Below are positions 23,476-35,774 of a DNA stretch of 64,000 bases, in pieces. This stretch comes from Macrostomum lignano (taxonomy: Eukaryota): assembly GCA_002269645.1 (NCBI GenBank), contig NIVC01001370.1, positions 124,001 to 188,000 on the forward strand, read 5' to 3'. The notes under the pieces were generated by a model. It saw nothing but the letters and a program-made list of their open reading frames with translations, had not been told where the DNA came from and did not search any database. Both the position numbers and the translations under genes were made by a program. Numbering within the stretch: position 1 is the stretch's first letter; every line of letters starts with the position of its first letter.

Positions 23476-23738
23476 TCATACAGTCATACAGTTTGCTGTT
23501 ATTTTCGAATGCTTGTCACGGACTTGGCGCTATTTTTGTGGTTTGCATGCCGATGCATTGCAAAGGCCGTTTTGGGATTTCGGGATGTATTTCGAATTCT
23601 CTTCGCGCCCTCTGATCAAATTTTAGTTTGTTTAATTTTCTCGTCAAACCTTGTCGGTTATTGTGATATCAAATATTATTGATAATTGTCTCGATCAGCC
23701 TGGTTCCGGAATTATTCGTTACTTTAACCGAGTTTCGC

Positions 23739-24161
23739 TCAGGTGTAATAGTCGGCCACGCTGTTAATCCAGTCCAGGTAGGCGCTGACCCGGGTGTACA
23801 CGCCGGGGAAGCCCTCGCGGCCGCAGCCGTAGCCGTAGGAGATCACGCCGACGGCCAGCCACTGGTCCGGCTGGTTGGCGTTGCGGCACATCAGCGGACC
23901 TCCGCTGTCGAACTGGCAGCTGTCGCGGCCGCCCTCCTCGACTCCGGCGCAAATCATTTTGTCGGTGATGTCAGCGAAGCTGGCGTACTCGGCCCCGGCG
24001 GCGGCGAATTCCTCGGCTATGCCGCGGTAGGCTGCGGCGCATTCGGCGTGGGAGACAACCGGCACCTCCACATGACGCAGGACAACCGAGTGCTGGGCGC
24101 TGGTCTCCGACTCCTGGCCCCAGCCGGCCGTGTAGCACTGGGTGCCGGGATCGAAGCGGTC
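23739..24161 (-). CDS. Trypsin-family (S1A) serine protease, exon 3 (catalytic Ser)
   Basis: Acceptor caaacccag| phase 0; [15 protein letters not shown]…MICAG…[15 protein letters not shown]…GVISYGYGC…PGVYTRVS; stop at 23739. Confidence 0.93.
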   Translation of the reverse strand, partial: DRFDPGTQCYTAGWGQESETSAQHSVVLRHVEVPVVSHAECAAAYRGIAEEFAAAGAEYASFADITDKMICAGVEEGGRDSCQFDSGGPLMCRNANQPDQWLAVGVISYGYGCGREGFPGVYTRVSAYLDWINSVADYYT

Positions 24162-24254
24162 CTGGGTTTGCGACGGAGGGAGGAAAAGTTTGAGTCCATC
24201 GAAGCATAGCAAATTATCACTGAGGATATTTAAAAGAAGATGTTGTAGAGCGTT

Positions 24255-25405
24255 GGGACGTTGCAAAGCATCGGAGAGGGTGCTTGCAAAGCATCGGAGA
24301 GGGTGCTTGCAAAGCATCGGAGAGGGTGCTTGCAAAGCATCGGAGAGGGTGCTTGCAAAGCATCGGAGAGGGAGCTTGCAAGGCATCGGAGAGGGTGCTT
24401 GCAAAGCATCGGAGAGGGTGCTTGCAAGGCATCGGAGAGGGTGCTTGCAAAGCATCGGAGAGGGTGCTTGAAAGGCATCGGAGAGGGTGCTTGCAAAGCA
24501 TCGGAGAGGGTGCTTGCAAAGCATCGGAGAGGGTGCTTGCAAAGCATCGCAGAGGGTGCTTGAAAGGCATCGAAGAGGGTGCTTGCAAAGCATCGGAGAG
24601 GGTGCTTGCAAGGCATCGGAGAGGGTGCTTGCAAAGCATCGGAGAGGGTGCCTGAAAGGCATCGGAGAGGGTGCTTGCAAAGCATCGGAGAGGGTGCTTG
24701 CAAAGCATCGGAGAGGGTGCTTGCAAAGCATCGGAGAGGGTGCTTGCAAAGCATCGGAGAGGGTGCTTGCAAAGCATCGCAGAGGGTGCTTGAAAGGCAT
24801 CGGAGAGGGTGCTTGCAAAGCATCGGAGAGGGTGCTTGCAAGGCATCGGAGAGGGTGCTTGCAAAGCATCGGAGAGGGTGCTTGCAAAGCATCGGAGAGG
24901 GTGCTTGCAAAGCATCGCAGAGGGTGCTTGAAAGGCATCGGAGAGGGTGCTTGCAAAGCATCGGAGAGGGTGCTTGCAAGGCATCGGAGAGGGTGCTTGC
25001 AAAGCATCGGAGAGGGTGCCTGAAAGGCATCGGAGAGGGTGCTTGCAAAGCATCGGAGAGGGTGCTTGCAAAGCATCGGAGAGGGTGCTTGCAAAGCATC
25101 GGAGAGGGTGCTTGCAAAGCATCGGAGAGGGTGCTTGCAAAGCATCGGAGAGGGTGCTTGCAAAGCATCGGTGAGGGTGCTTGCAAAGCATCGGAGAGGG
25201 TGCTTGCAAAGCATCGCAGAGGACGTTGCAAAGCATCGCAGAGGACGTTGCAAAGCATCGGAGAGGGTGCTTGCAAAGCATCTCAGAGGGCGTTGCAAAG
25301 CATTCGTAGAGGGCGTTGCAAAGCATCGGAGAGGGTGCTTGCAGAGCATCTCAGAGGGCGTTGCAAAGCATTCGTAGAGGACGTTGCAAAGCATCATAGA
25401 GGGCG
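24255..25405. repeat. 23-bp intronic minisatellite GCAAAGCATCGGAGAGGGTGCTT (~50 copies)
   Basis: Fills protease intron 2. Confidence 0.96.
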
Positions 25406-25479
25406 TTGCTAAGCAGTTTCGTCAGCGCATCAGTTTTCGCAAAGTGCGGTACTTAGTTACCCCCATTGGGCGCTCTTAC

Positions 25480-25812
25480 ATTTCGTCCAGGTAGGCAGGC
25501 CACGTTCTTGTTCTCGCTTATGGGTGTCTCCCGGGCGAGCTCCACCAAGGCGATGTCGTTGTAGGAGAGCCGTCTGCCGGGATTGACCAGCACCCTCTGC
25601 GCCGGGATGTCCGCATGGCTCGAGTCGCTGTCCATCGACATGTCGTGCTCGCCGACACGGATCTCCCAGTTTCTTGGGTCGGAGCTGATATTGGGATAGA
25701 GAGGACTCTTCTCGAAGCAGTGGGCGGCGGTCAGCACCCAGCGCGGGTGAATCAAAGTGCCGCCGCACAGGTGCTTGAAGGAACCGTCATTCTGTTTGAA
25801 GCGCAGACTCAC
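25480..25812 (-). CDS. Serine protease, exon 2 (catalytic His and Asp)
   Basis: ttacctgtag| acceptor; HLCGGTLIHPRWVLTAAHC…YNDIALVEL…VACLPGRN; donor |gtaaga, phase 0. Confidence 0.93.
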
Positions 25813-25901
25813 CTACAGGTAATTTTTTTAGTTAAATTCCATGTTATAGGGATCGTTGGATATTGACCTCTCTACTCAGGTGGGTACACAGGGCCACTTA
25901 C

Positions 25902-26189
25902 CAGCCAAGGCCACTGGCCATTGTCAGACGACTGGCCGCCAACGATTCGCTTTTTGATAGCGGAACGCCGAGCTCGGAGGGAGGCCAGATAGGCGGAATA
26001 GACGGCGCTGTACCGGTTGCGACCGCAATGGGCGCGCAGGACGTGACGGCGACGTTGGCCTGACTGCTCCCGCTGCTGCTCCCGCTGCTGCTCCCGCTGC
26101 TGCTCCGAAGCGGCAGCGATGACTAGAAGCAGACTCGAAATCAGTAGAAAGCTAAGAATACCCCTCATTGGGTTGGCTCGAATGCGCAT
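25902..26189 (-). CDS. Serine protease, exon 1 (signal peptide, pro-region, IVGG)
   Basis: MRGILSFLLISSLLLVIAAA signal (ATG 26189 or 26168); (EQQR)3; pro-Cys in HCG; KKR|IVGG…WPWL; donor |gtaagt. Confidence 0.9.
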
Positions 26190-26778
26190 TGCTAGACAAT
26201 TTTGCTGTGAAAAACATTTGACATTGACTGATTGTTCGAGTGTATAAAAGTGCTTAGTGAATAACCAATAGTACTCATACTTTTTTGAGACTCACCTTTC
26301 AAATGTTCGCTTGCTGAGTGGTGTTGCAGGTTTTTGTACGCGAGAATCGAGATTGACAGATATTTATTGAGAGAGAAAGAGGGGGGAGAAGATGAGGAGT
26401 CCTCCGTCAAGCGGCGGAGCTGGCGTCAGTTCTGGCGCTACCCCAGCGTTTATCAATGCATCCGGGATCCGACCGAAAGTTAGGGGGGGGGGGTTGCAAA
26501 TATCCTCAAACAGACGCTGGCCAATTGCAAACGAGTACAAAAACTAGACATAAAACTCAAATATTGTGTAGTTTTTTGGAGGCTAACTTCCTGGAAAAAA
26601 AGAGACACTGCAAAGATAGGAAACAATCCTTTCTTCATCACAAGATCCATGATTGCATTTGCCATTTCTTCCATTTAGGAAGCACAAAATGTGACTCTGG
26701 TGTGTTTTATCTGGTTGTGTAGTGAAATTTTCATTTTCATGTTGTTTCACAAAGATCAATCATTTGCTTTTGGAGAAG

Positions 26779-27050
26779 AGGGGACTGTAGTTTAGTGAAA
26801 GTCGGGGGTTCGATCCCCGATCCCACTCGGAACAATTTGTGTCCTTGAGCATGAACGCTTAACTCTGCATTGCTTCAGTTCACCCGGCTGTAAAATGGGT
26901 GCCAGCATTAGCTGGGGCAATTGAGGTTGTGTGTGGCGACCCCCCAGTCCTTGGACTGAACAGCCGTACGCAGCCTTCAGATGCGCCGCGCAATAGCTGC
27001 GGCTGAGCTGTCGGTTGCTCATCTGGCCATTAGGGCAGGTGTAATAAAAT
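26779..27050 (+). mobile_element. tRNA-derived SINE with CORE-like central domain, copy 1
   Basis: B-box GGTTCGATCC; TGTGTCCTTGAGCA…CTTAACT…CAGTT…CTGTAAAATGGG resembles the CORE/MIR core; A/T-rich tail; near-identical to 47470-47764. Confidence 0.8.
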
Positions 27051-27344
27051 ATTATAATATCTAATTTTTTCTATCTCCGCAGTGCATTCTTTCCAAGAAA
27101 TAGGCCTCCTAAAAAAATGCACGATCTTTGAGTTTTATGTCCTGCTCTGCTTCAGCGGACCTTGCTTATCAGGTGATGGAAACAAGTAATTTCATTTTAT
27201 TGCACGACGCGCCAAACCCAGTAGGAGTGGGAGAAACATTCGCTATAAATTTTCTGCCAAGTCGTGCAAATTAATCCGCTGTCAATTTCCTTTCCATATT
27301 ACCGCTTCTGAAACTTCCTTCCGTGAAGTCTGAGCTGCGATAGT

Positions 27345-27530
27345 GCCCCTGATTTTGACGCCTCTGTCACTGATTTTGGCGCCTCTGTCACTCATTTTGG
27401 CGCCTCTGTCTCTCATTTTGGCGCCTCTGTCACTCATTTTGGCGCCTCTGTCCCTCATTTTGGTGCCTCTGTCACTGATTTTGGCGCCTCTGTCACTCAT
27501 TTTGGCGCCTCTGTCGCTCTGTCTCATTTT
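27345..27530. repeat. 21-bp minisatellite (TTTGGCGCCTCTGTCACTCAT)n
   Basis: About 9 units; GGCGCC family. Confidence 0.93.
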
Positions 27531-27914
27531 CGCTACTCAAATTTCAGCTTATATTTTATCCGTTCCTGATCAAAGCAAACTTCAAGTCCCTTTGATCTTG
27601 CCGAAAGTCAAGAGTAGCGCAAATTGAGTTCAATCAGTTGATTGGTCTGTGAGAGTTGCATTGGTTGTCTGCAGGTCGAACTGGTTGAAGATGAAAGCGG
27701 CGCCTAAAAACTACAGTTAAACCTGCTATCAACTTTGCACGAGCAATATCGATACATGAATCACGATACTTCAACTGTGGGTTTTAAGAGTTGCCGTGCG
27801 CCCAAGTTTTGCTACAGATCAAGCCGAGCAGGTTTTGCTTGCAAAAAGATCAGAAAAAATAGCGAAAAAAATTAGACGGGCTGATAACTGAGGGAGGCAA
27901 CCTGAAGAGGTAGG

Positions 27915-29000
27915 TAGATAGAGATAGATCTCTAGATAGATGCCTAGATAGATGTGTATGTAGATCTCTAGATAGATGCCCAGATAGATGTGTATATAGA
28001 TCTCTAGATAGATGCCTAGATAGATCTCTAATAGATATCTAGATAGATCTCTAGATAGATATCAAGATAGATGCCTAGATAGATCTTTAATAGATCTCTA
28101 ATATATATCTAGATAGATCTCTAGATAGATGTCAAGATAGATCTCTAGATAGATGTCTAGATAGATCTCTAGATAGATGTCAAGATAGATCTCTAGATAG
28201 ATGCCCAGATAGATGTGTATATAGATCTCTAGATAGATGCCTAGATAGATCTCTAATAGATATCTAGATAGATCTCTAGATAGATATCAAGATAGATGCC
28301 TAGATAGATCTCTAATAGATCTCTAATATAAATCTAGATAGATCTCTAGATAGATGTCAAGATAGATCTCTAGATAGATGTCTAGATAGATCTCTAGATA
28401 GATGTCAAGATAGATCTCTAGATAGATGCCCAGATAGATGTGTATATAGATCTCTAGATAGATGCCTAGATAGATCTCTAATAGATATCTAGATAGATCT
28501 CTAGATAGATATCAAGATAGATGCCTAGATAGATCTCAAATAGATCTCTAATATATATCTAGATAGATCTCTAGATAGATGTCAAGATAGATCTCTAGAT
28601 AGATGTCTAGATAGATCTCTAGATAGATGTCAAGATAGATCTCTAGATAGATGCCCAGATAGATGTGTATATAGATCTCTAGATAGATGCCTAGATAGAT
28701 CTCTAATAGATATCTAGATAGATCTCTAGATAGATATCAAGATAGATGCCTAGATAGATCTCAAATAGATCTCTAATATATATCTAGATAGATCTCTAGA
28801 TAGATGTCAAGATAGATCTCTAGATAGATGTCTAGATAGATCTCTAGATAGATGTCTAGATAGACCTCTAGATAGATGTCTAGATAGATCTCTAGATAGA
28901 TGTCTAGATAGATCTCTAGATAGATTTCAAGATAGATCTCTAGATAGATGCCTAGATAAATCTCTAGATAGAACTCTAGACATCTCTAGATAGATCCCTC
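27915..29000. repeat. TAGATAGATCTC-type satellite with 225-bp higher-order period
   Basis: Marker GCCCAGATAGATGTGTAT recurs at 27978, 28203, 28428 and 28653. Confidence 0.93.
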
Positions 29001-29599
29001 TAGATCCAGCCGGATCCTCCGCTATGAAGGCAGAACTGCCCCCACAGCGCCACTCAGACAGCTCGGAGCATCAAAATTATTTGAGGAGATTTCTCCAGCG
29101 GAGGTGGGAAATTGACATGGCGAAAAATCGGATTCCGGCATAAAAGGCGAATTTCTCTTTCCGATGAAAGCATCCATGCGAAGACGGGAGGTGCAAAAAT
29201 TGGGGTACAATTGGCACCCGCGAGAAATGAATGAATGTACTTTTGCAGCAATCGAAATTGCGGATTCCCCGTGTTTGATTTTTTTTCGCTTCTGTTCGAG
29301 TGGCGCCGGCGACGGCTTGGCGGATCTTTCCCGCTAACTTTATGACACCTGCCAATCTTCATTTTATGACCCCCTTGGGCGCTTATTTGCAACCCCTGGC
29401 AGTCCCAGGCAGCGCCTTCCTGTCTGAGTCTGGCCGTGTTAACCGCGTGCTCGGGTTGAGTTGATCTGCAGAGATATGCTCTGCTGTTGGCTGAGTCACT
29501 CTGCATCCTAAGCCTCAATTCTACCGCCTCCCCTCTCTGCATCTCACTGCACCCTAATTCTCCCGAATCCCACTCACCATTCCCCAGTCAGCCCTCTTT

Positions 29600-30530
29600 C
29601 AGTCTCATTTGGCGCCATTTCAGAGCTCAGATTGCCACTCATTTGGCGCCATTTCAGAGCTCATATTGCCACTCATTTAGCGCTATTTCAGAGCTCAGAT
29701 TGCCACTCATTTGGCGCCATTTCAGAGCTCATATTGCCACTCATTTGGCGCCATTTCAGAGCTCAGATTGCCACTCATTTAGCGCTATTTCAGAGCTCAG
29801 ATTGCCACTCATTTGGCACCATTTCAGAGCTCAGATTGCCACTCATTTGGCGCCATTTCAGAGCTCCCGTTGCCTGTCATTTGGCGCCATTTCAGAGCTC
29901 CCGTTGCCTGTCATTTGGCGCCATTTCAGAGCTCCCGTTGCCAGTCATTTGGCGCCATTTCAGCGCTCCCGTTGCCTGTCATTTGGCGCCATTTCAGCGC
30001 TCCCGTTGCCTGTCATTTGGCGCCATTTCAGAGCTCCCGTTGCCAGACATTTGGCGCCATTTCAGCGCTCCTGTTGCCTGTCATTTAGCGCCATTTCAGC
30101 GCTCCGTTGCCAGTCATTTGGCGCCATTTCAGCGCTCCCGTTGCCTGTCATTTGGCGCCATTTCAGAGCTCCCATCGCCCCTCATTTGGCGCCATTTCAG
30201 AGCTCCCATCGCCCCTCATTTGGCGCCATTTCAGAGCTCAGATTGCCACTCATTTGGCGCCATTTCAGAGCTCATATTGCCACTCATTTAGCGCTATTTC
30301 AGAGCTCAGATTGCCACTCATTTGGCGCCATTTCAGAGCTCATATTGCCACTCATTTGGCGCCATTTCAGAGCTCAGATTGCCACTCATTTAGCGCTATT
30401 TCAGAGCTCAGATTGCCACTCATTTGGCACCATTTCAGAGCTCAGATTGCCACTCATTTGGCGCCATTTCAGAGCTCCCGTTGCCTGTCATTTGGCGCCA
30501 TTTCAGAGCTCCCGTTGCCACTCATTTGAC
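29600..30530. repeat. 34-bp minisatellite (TTGCCACTCATTTGGCGCCATTTCAGAGCTCAGA) with internal variant block
   Basis: Period 34; GGCGCC family. Confidence 0.95.
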
Positions 30531-31429
30531 GCCCCAGATGACGAATCCAGCTTCAACCCCACAGCTCGATCAGATAAAAACAAAGGCTAGCTCACATGAA
30601 ATTAAATTAAAACTGCCATCTATACATGCATATTATATTGTTCCCACAGTCATCTGGGAAAATTCGCGCTAGAAGCAAATTTATTGCTATGTAAGTCCCA
30701 TGTCATAAATTCTAAGGAATTCAGCTACTGTAGGATTAATTTAAGTCATGTTTTTCTTCCTCTGTATTCATTGCCCTCACTCAGAGTGTTACAGAACTTC
30801 CAATGTATTTATAAATTTATCATAAATTGTCTATAATAAATATTTTTTTCAAAAAAAAGAAAAAAGTTGTTTTACGAGCTAATATTTGACAGAAACTCTC
30901 CCTCCATGCAGGTAGCAATTCAAAGGTGAATTTTTTTCTTCTTGTGTCTGCGTCTGTATATTTACAATACAAGCAAAAAATATATATAATTAACAGAAAT
31001 TATGCTGAAGAATATAATACAGAATGAACAATTTGAATATTGCTAATAGAAAGAGCTTAGTAATTTTGTTGCTAAATTTCAATTAGTTAAATAATAATAA
31101 TTAGTGATTAAAAAATAGTGAGAGGGTGCTTCAGTTGTAAATAGTAGTATTTTCTGATTTTGTTAATATTGAAGATAAAAAAGATAAACGTATGAACAGA
31201 TCCGACTACTCATTTGGAAGACTCGAGTAGCCAGTAGGGGATATTATTTAAACAAATGTGTAGCAACGAGGCAGGAAGTGACGGCGGGTTCCTTTAAAAA
31301 CAAATGGTCAGGGGTGTTCAGTTCGATAAATAAGGGATGAGAAAAAATAGTTAAATATATAAATAGCGCTAACATTTCCAATCCGCAACCGCTTACTACT
31401 GACGGTAAGTAGTGGATAAGCGTCGGGCG

Positions 31430-31588
31430 TCAGTGGAACTGCTGGCAGGAGGCCAGGCGCTGCATCCGCGAGTGCCGCTTGTGGCTGTGCCGCCGCTGCC
31501 AGTCCAGCCTGTCGCGCTGGAAGGCCGCCAGCTCGTTGCGGAACGACGGATCGGACATTCGGCGATAAAATTGAGGCTGGCAGTCCTC
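31430..31588 (-). CDS. cdc25: Cdc25 phosphatase, last exon
   Basis: cccgcccgccag| phase 0; EDCQPQFYRRMSDPSFRNELAAFQ matches the Cdc25 C-terminal CxPxxYRxM motif; TGA at 31430. Confidence 0.88.
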   Translation of the reverse strand, partial: EDCQPQFYRRMSDPSFRNELAAFQRDRLDWQRRHSHKRHSRMQRLASCQQFH

Positions 31589-31611
31589 CTGGCGGGCGGG
31601 GAGCGGGACCG

Positions 31612-31862
31612 ACTTTCTAAGAAACTGCAACCCGTCTGACACTTTCTAAGAAACTGCAACCCGTCTCACACTTTCTAAGAAACTGCAACCCGTCTGACAC
31701 TTTTTAAGAAACTGCAATCCGTCTCACACTTTCTAAGAAACTGCAATCCGTCTGAGACTGACACTTTCCAAGAAACTGCAATCCGTCTGACACTTTCTAA
31801 GAAACTGCAATCCGTCTGACACTTTCTAAGAAACTGCAAACCCGTCCGACATTTTCTAAGAA
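31612..31862. repeat. 29-bp intronic minisatellite (ACTTTCTAAGAAACTGCAACCCGTCTGAC)
   Basis: Period 29, close to the cdc25 acceptor. Confidence 0.92.
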
Positions 31863-32402
31863 TACCAAACTGATTGGTCACTTTCACCTCTATATGTGGA
31901 TTTATTTAAAATTAATCAAAAACTTTTTGAAATTCATGAAAATTTCCATTAGAAACTATAATGTACTTTTTAAGAAAAATTCTGCATTTTTTATTCAAAG
32001 CATTTCTCTATTAATAATTTTTTATTTCTTAGAAATCGTCCTTTTTCCTTAAAGATTTGTTTAAAAATTCAGGTTAATTTTGGAAATTTTAATTTTTTCT
32101 CAGAAATACAGTCCAACTACTCCATCTTTTTCGCTTTTAGAGAAATCAAATTAAGTTTCAGATTTCTTGTATTAAAAATACTTTTTTAATTGTTTCTTAG
32201 AATCCGACACAAATTCTAAGAAAAATTTCAGTCTGTTTTGCAATTGATTTATATTTGTGTATTTTTGTTTGAATGGTTAAAATTCAAATTTTTAAACGTT
32301 TCTTTTAAAAACCGGTTTTTTCTGACTACTGCTACTTTAAGTAGCGCTATAACCCAATAGCTGGCTAAACTTTCTTTAACTCAACTTCGACTTGTGCGTT
32401 AC

Positions 32403-32645
32403 CTTGTGCGCATTGAAGAAGCTCTTGTACCCGTCCTTCAGCAGGTACACTTCCGGGAAGTGCAGAATTGGATAGTTCTCAGCGTTGCACTCGCGATCTG
32501 TCTGTCTAAGAAACCTCGCCAGCTTCGGCGCCCGTTCGCTGCTGAATTCGCAGTGGAAAATCAGAACCGGTCGGGGAGACTCGACGGCGTCGCCCGAGGC
32601 CGCCGCGGCCACCGCCGGTTCAACAATGGTGGACAGCAGGTCCTC
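32403..32645 (-). CDS. cdc25: Cdc25 phosphatase, catalytic-loop exon
   Basis: IFHCEFSSERAPKLARFLRQTDR…YPILHFPEVYLLKDGYKSFF; acceptor ttttccaag|, donor AAG|gtaacg. Confidence 0.95.
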
Positions 32646-32753
32646 CTTGGAAAAGAAAATTTTTGTTGTAACTTTTAGTAAAATTTCTATCGATAACAAA
32701 AAACACGCTAATTTTTCTTTACACTCTACTGTAAGCAATTTTTGCAAACTGAC

Positions 32754-33878
32754 CTGCTTGTAAATATTAATAGCGCCCTGGATGTGGCCGCCGTCGAACT
32801 CATAGGGATAGCGGCAGTCGATTATTTGATAGTTCGGCACCCTGTCGGCGAAGTCGCCCCTCAGCAGGCCGCTGACCGTGGCGGCGGTCACGTAGCGGAT
32901 GCCGTAGTCCATCTCCTTGACAGTGGGCAGCGAGTGCTGCTGCTCAGAGTTGCCAATCAAATTTAACGAGTCGATTGAAGCGATGGCCTTGTCCACCTTG
33001 TCGGAGTCCAGGGTGCTGCCGCGCTTGCTATTCAGGGCGCTCATCTCGCTGGTGCAGCGCTGGAGCAGCGGCGGCTTCTTTGACTGTTGATGCTGCTGAT
33101 GTTGAAGCTCTGAAGTCGCTGACGGCGCCTTTGAATTGGTCGAATCGCCGAGGGGAGTTCGGCCGAGTCGTCGGCGCTTCGGAGTGGCCGTTTTCGGCGT
33201 CTGGTCCAGCGGCTGCTGCGGCTGCTCCGGCTGGCTCACCGGCGAGGGACGCTTGAAGCTGCGCCTTCGTGGCTGCTGCTGACTTCTAGCCGCCGTTGCT
33301 GGCGGAGGCCTCGGCGGCGGCGGCGGCGCCTGCATCGACGTCGGGCTGGACGAGAAGCCGAACAGCGGCACCGTGGCGAGGCGCGGCTCGTTCGCCGGCT
33401 GCTGAGGAGCACCGGTGCCGCTCCTGGCGGCATTGCCGGCTGCCATCGGCGACCAGAGGCGTCGGCGAAGCGTCGGCTCCGACGGTGACGAGCAGAACGC
33501 CGGAGCAGCCGCCGTCGTCCTCGACCGGATCGGCGTCCCGTTGCAGTCAGTCGTCGCCGCGTTCTCCTCGTCGTCGTAGCCGGGCAGGCGTGCCGGCACC
33601 CAGTCGTCTTCGTTGTCGTCTTCGCAGCTGAACTGCTGCTGCAGGGTCGGCCGTCGGAACTGCAACAGCGAGTCGTTGCTGTCGTCAATTCCGAACCTGA
33701 CGCTGTCGCTGATCAGGGCGGGCTTGACGGCGGAGCTGGAGGCCGCTGCACCGGCGCTCACCGACGGGGTGAGTCCGGCGCCAGAAAGCTGGTGAGTCAG
33801 GCTGGTCATCGGGGAGGCGAACACGGCGTTGTCATCGTCGGCAACAACAACTGACTCGTGCGACTGGTTGGCTGGCAT
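32754..33878 (-). CDS. cdc25: Cdc25 phosphatase, regulatory N-terminus and start of rhodanese domain
   Basis: S/TP-rich N-terminus, RxxSEP and LQRCTS sites, IIDCRYPYEFDGGHIQGAINI; donor CAG|gtcagt; an acceptor lies 2 nt upstream of the ATG. Model about 508 aa. Confidence 0.93.
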
Positions 33879-33984
33879 TGCTGATTGAGGGGCTAAGGGA
33901 AACAGTTAAAAATAAAATGACTATTATACTGACTGAAGGTCTTATTCTATAGAAAAATCGCTCAGCTATCTAGTAGCTTATCTG

Positions 33985-34380
33985 ACTCTGCGTCTGTCCA
34001 GAGGGGACCTGGCTGCGATGGAAGCGGGCTCGGAGCCGGGTTCACGGCCGGGTTATAAGGGGTAGCGGAGGTTGAGGTTGAGGTCCTCCCACTCCCAGCG
34101 TCGGGCCTCTCCGGGACTGAGTGACTCGGATTCTCTGGTCCAATGGGCGTCTGGCATAACTGTGTGGGGCCTCCGTGACCTGGAGGCCAGGGGTTGGGGT
34201 CCAGAAGGCTGCGTGTTCTGGCAGTGTACGTGAAGCCAGGAGAGGAGGGGCCAAACGTGCTTCTGGGCTGGGCCAATGAAACTTGTGTGGGGGTGTTTTG
34301 GTTCGCGTCCCGGAGAGGGTGTAAGGCGCTCTGGGCCTCAGGAAGGAGCCAAGGGAGGCCCTTGTCCTGTCTTGGCAAAA
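33985..34380 (-). mobile_element. Possible decayed non-LTR element fragment upstream of an RNase H start
   Basis: GC-rich degenerate coding-like stretch ending PLWTDAES (cf. RNase H YTDGS). Weak. Confidence 0.3.
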
Positions 34381-34544
34381 GAAGACTTTGTCCAACAATT
34401 GCTTCGTCTGTGTGTGTGTGTGTGCTTTGTTTCGTCTGCTTTGCTTGCGGTCAGGGCAAAGGCGCATGCGTGCTCTGCTGCCTCTGATGCCTCTGATGCC
34501 TCTTTGATTGCTTTGGTCTGTCTTGTGCTGATTTCATGGTGGGA

Positions 34545-35388
34545 TAGTGAGAGGGAGAGGTGAGGGCGAGAGAGGCAGAAGGAGGAAGAGATGAGGGAGG
34601 GAGAGGCACAGAGAGGGAGATGAGGGAGAGAGGCAGAGGGGGAGATAGGGGGGAGAGGCTGAGGGGCAGATGGGGGGAGAGGAAGAGGTGAGATGTGGGA
34701 GAGAGAGAGAGAGGCAGAGGGGGAGATGGGGGAGAGGCAGAGGAGAGATGTGGGAGAGAGAGGCAGGGGGAGACGTGGGAGAGGGAGGCAGAGGGGGAGA
34801 TGTGGGAGAGGGAGGCAGAGGGGGAGATGTGGGAGAGGGAGACAGAGGGGGAGATGTGGGAGAGGGAGACAGAGGGGGAGATGTGGGAGAGGGAGACAGA
34901 GGGGGGAGATGTGGGAGAGGGAGACAGGGGGGGGAGATGTGGGAGAGGGAGACAGGGGGGAGATGTGGGAGAGGGAGACAGAGGGGGGAGATGTGGGAGA
35001 GGGAGACAGGGGGGAGATGTGGGAGAGAGAGGCAGAGGGGAGATGTGGGAGAGGGAGACAGAGGGGGGAGATGTGGGAGAGGGAGACAGAGGGGGGAGAT
35101 GTGGGAGAGGGAGACAGGGGGGGAGATGTGGGAGAGGGAGACAGGGGGGAGATGTGGGAGAGGGAGACAGAGGGGGGAGATGTGGGAGAGGGAGACAGAG
35201 GGGGAGATGTGGGAGAGGGAGACAGAGGGGGAGATGTGGGAGAGGGAGGCAGAGGGGGAGATGTGGGAGAGGGAGGCAGAGGGGAGAGATGTGGGAGAGG
35301 GAGGCAGAGGGGGGAGATGTGGGAGAGAGAGGCAGAGGGGGAGATGTGGGAGAGGGAGACAGAGGGGGGAGATGTGGGAGAGGGAGAA
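34545..35388. repeat. GA-rich ~27-bp minisatellite (GGGGGAGATGTGGGAGAGGGAGACAGA)
   Basis: Tandem units. Confidence 0.94.
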
Positions 35389-35774
35389 TGATACAGAAAG
35401 AGTAACACAGAGCAAAATCTTCCGTCTGTGCCAGGCACAAAAGCCAGCAAAATCGCAGTGTAAGATTCGAGCAGAAGCAATAAGGTTTCCTATGCACCGG
35501 AGCATTATATTTATGCAACACAGGAACAAGCATTCGATAAAATAATTTCTAAAAGCAAACTTCCAGACTTGGCTTAGTACGAGCTAGAAAGGAATTTTGT
35601 TGTGTAATAAAAAAATTTAATGCTTTGCAAAACCTGTAGCCACTCGGGTTTCCCCAGGTTTTTCGCTCCACTCTCTCACGACTGCCAGCTGTTCAGCAGA
35701 AGAGTTCAAATTAAGGCCAAGGCTGTTCCAGAGCCACCCGGAATATGTATAACCCTGTATAATGTAGCTGCTTG

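Noticed and set aside
24217-25412. [12 protein letters not shown]-type ORFs extending the protease
   Set aside because: 23-bp intronic repeat.
29487-30590. 367-aa ORF of 34-aa repeats
   Set aside because: Three-frame cycling of a 34-bp DNA unit.
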